Positions 63,527-64,000 of a stretch of DNA of 64,000 nt are shown in pieces. Under the pieces are notes generated by a model. It ran no database searches. It was not told the DNA's origin and saw only the letters and a list, made by a program, of their open reading frames with translations. Position numbers and translations under genes: made by a program. Positions within the stretch are counted from its first letter, which is position 1, and each line of letters opens with the position of its first letter. Source of the DNA: an uncultured Halobacteria archaeon (GTDB lineage: Bacteria; Pseudomonadota; Gammaproteobacteria; UBA9214); the NCBI GenBank assembly GCA_963768575.1, contig CAVYIJ010000007.1, positions 45,945 through 109,944 on the forward strand, read 5' to 3'.

Positions 63527-63727
63527 TTACTCCCGTTCCTCGATCCATGCCATCTGGATCGCCTCGAGGATACGCTCACCGCTATGCTCGGGGTCATCAT
63601 CGAAATCGTCCAGCCCCATCACCAGCGCGTGCAACTCCACAAAATTGAGATGCAAGGGGTCGGTATCCGGGTATTTCTCGTCAAGCTCAATCGCTATATC
63701 CAGCGAGTCTGTCCATTTCAGTGCCAT
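63527..63727 (-). CDS. iscX: Fe-S cluster assembly protein IscX
   Basis: MALKWTDS.DIAIEL, GERILEAIQMAWIEE; follows fdx. Confidence 0.95.
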   Translation of the reverse strand: MALKWTDSLDIAIELDEKYPDTDPLHLNFVELHALVMGLDDFDDDPEHSGERILEAIQMAWIEERE

Positions 63728-63755
63728 GTGTAATTCCTTGTCATAAATTCAATTA

Positions 63756-63897
63756 GCCACAGAGGGCACAGAGTACACAGAGAATTCTATAGGTAATAAA
63801 TCCTTGTTGTTTCTGAAATTACGTATCCCGGCATCGTCGTTCGACGGCAAGATCGTAATTATTAATTTTTCTCTGTGTACTCTGTGCCCTCTGTGGC
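63756..63897. repeat. CACAGAG inverted-repeat element, copy 3 (perfect 29-bp arms)
   Basis: gccacagagggcacagagtacacagagaa and its exact reverse complement at 63869-63897. Confidence 0.9.
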
Positions 63898-63906
63898 AAT
63901 TAAATG

Positions 63907-64000
63907 TCAATGATTCTCCGAGACCATGTTGATGGTGTACTTCGGTATCTCGATCACGAGGTCGGCGTCAGCCACGACCGCCTGGCAACTCAAGCGCGAG
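63907..64000 (-). CDS. fdx: ISC 2Fe-2S ferredoxin, 3' end only
   Basis: SRLSCQAVVADADLVIEIPKYTINMVSENH-stop. Confidence 0.92.
   Translation of the reverse strand, partial: SRLSCQAVVADADLVIEIPKYTINMVSENH

Overview
Chromosomal window from a GC-rich Gammaproteobacterium. Most of it is conserved housekeeping blocks: rimM'-rpsP-ffh/ypjD-corC-msrB; radA; alr-dnaB; rplI-DUF2232-rpsR-rpsF; rlmB-rnr; tRNA-Leu(CAG); the queG/nnr-tsaE-amiB-mutL-miaA-hfq-hflXKC-DUF2065-hisZ-purA superoperon; rsmI/lpoA-yraN-yraP-trhO; ndk-rlmN-pilW-rodZ-hisS-yfgM-bamB-der; and 'fdx-iscX. The main accessory feature (about 5.5-13.4 kb) is a variant Fap-type (functional amyloid) secretion locus. It has a sigma54 enhancer-binding protein with no sensor domain and a FapF-like outer-membrane barrel on the + strand. 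Facing them is a sigma54-promoter operon of two paralogous secreted Gly-rich proteins (425 and 494 aa), a small Fap-repeat protein, a FapD-like C39 peptidase and a FapE-like protein. The two Gly-rich proteins appear to be the small protein's core with a ~220-240 aa GGxGGx tract inserted at one point, which suggests a fibre with an amyloid-type core displaying polyglycine loops. The two small accessory proteins carry double-glycine-type leader motifs. Novelty could not be checked without database searches. Other points of interest: a divergent ankyrin/linker/SH3/CpoB-TPR lipoprotein; an mcl-mtkAB (malyl-CoA lyase/malate thiokinase) operon between iscX and ndk; a small IF1-like protein; four families of intergenic inverted repeats; ispG missing from its usual site; and single-base frameshifts in fapF, a GGDEF-EAL gene, mutL, nnr and queG, which may be sequencing errors.
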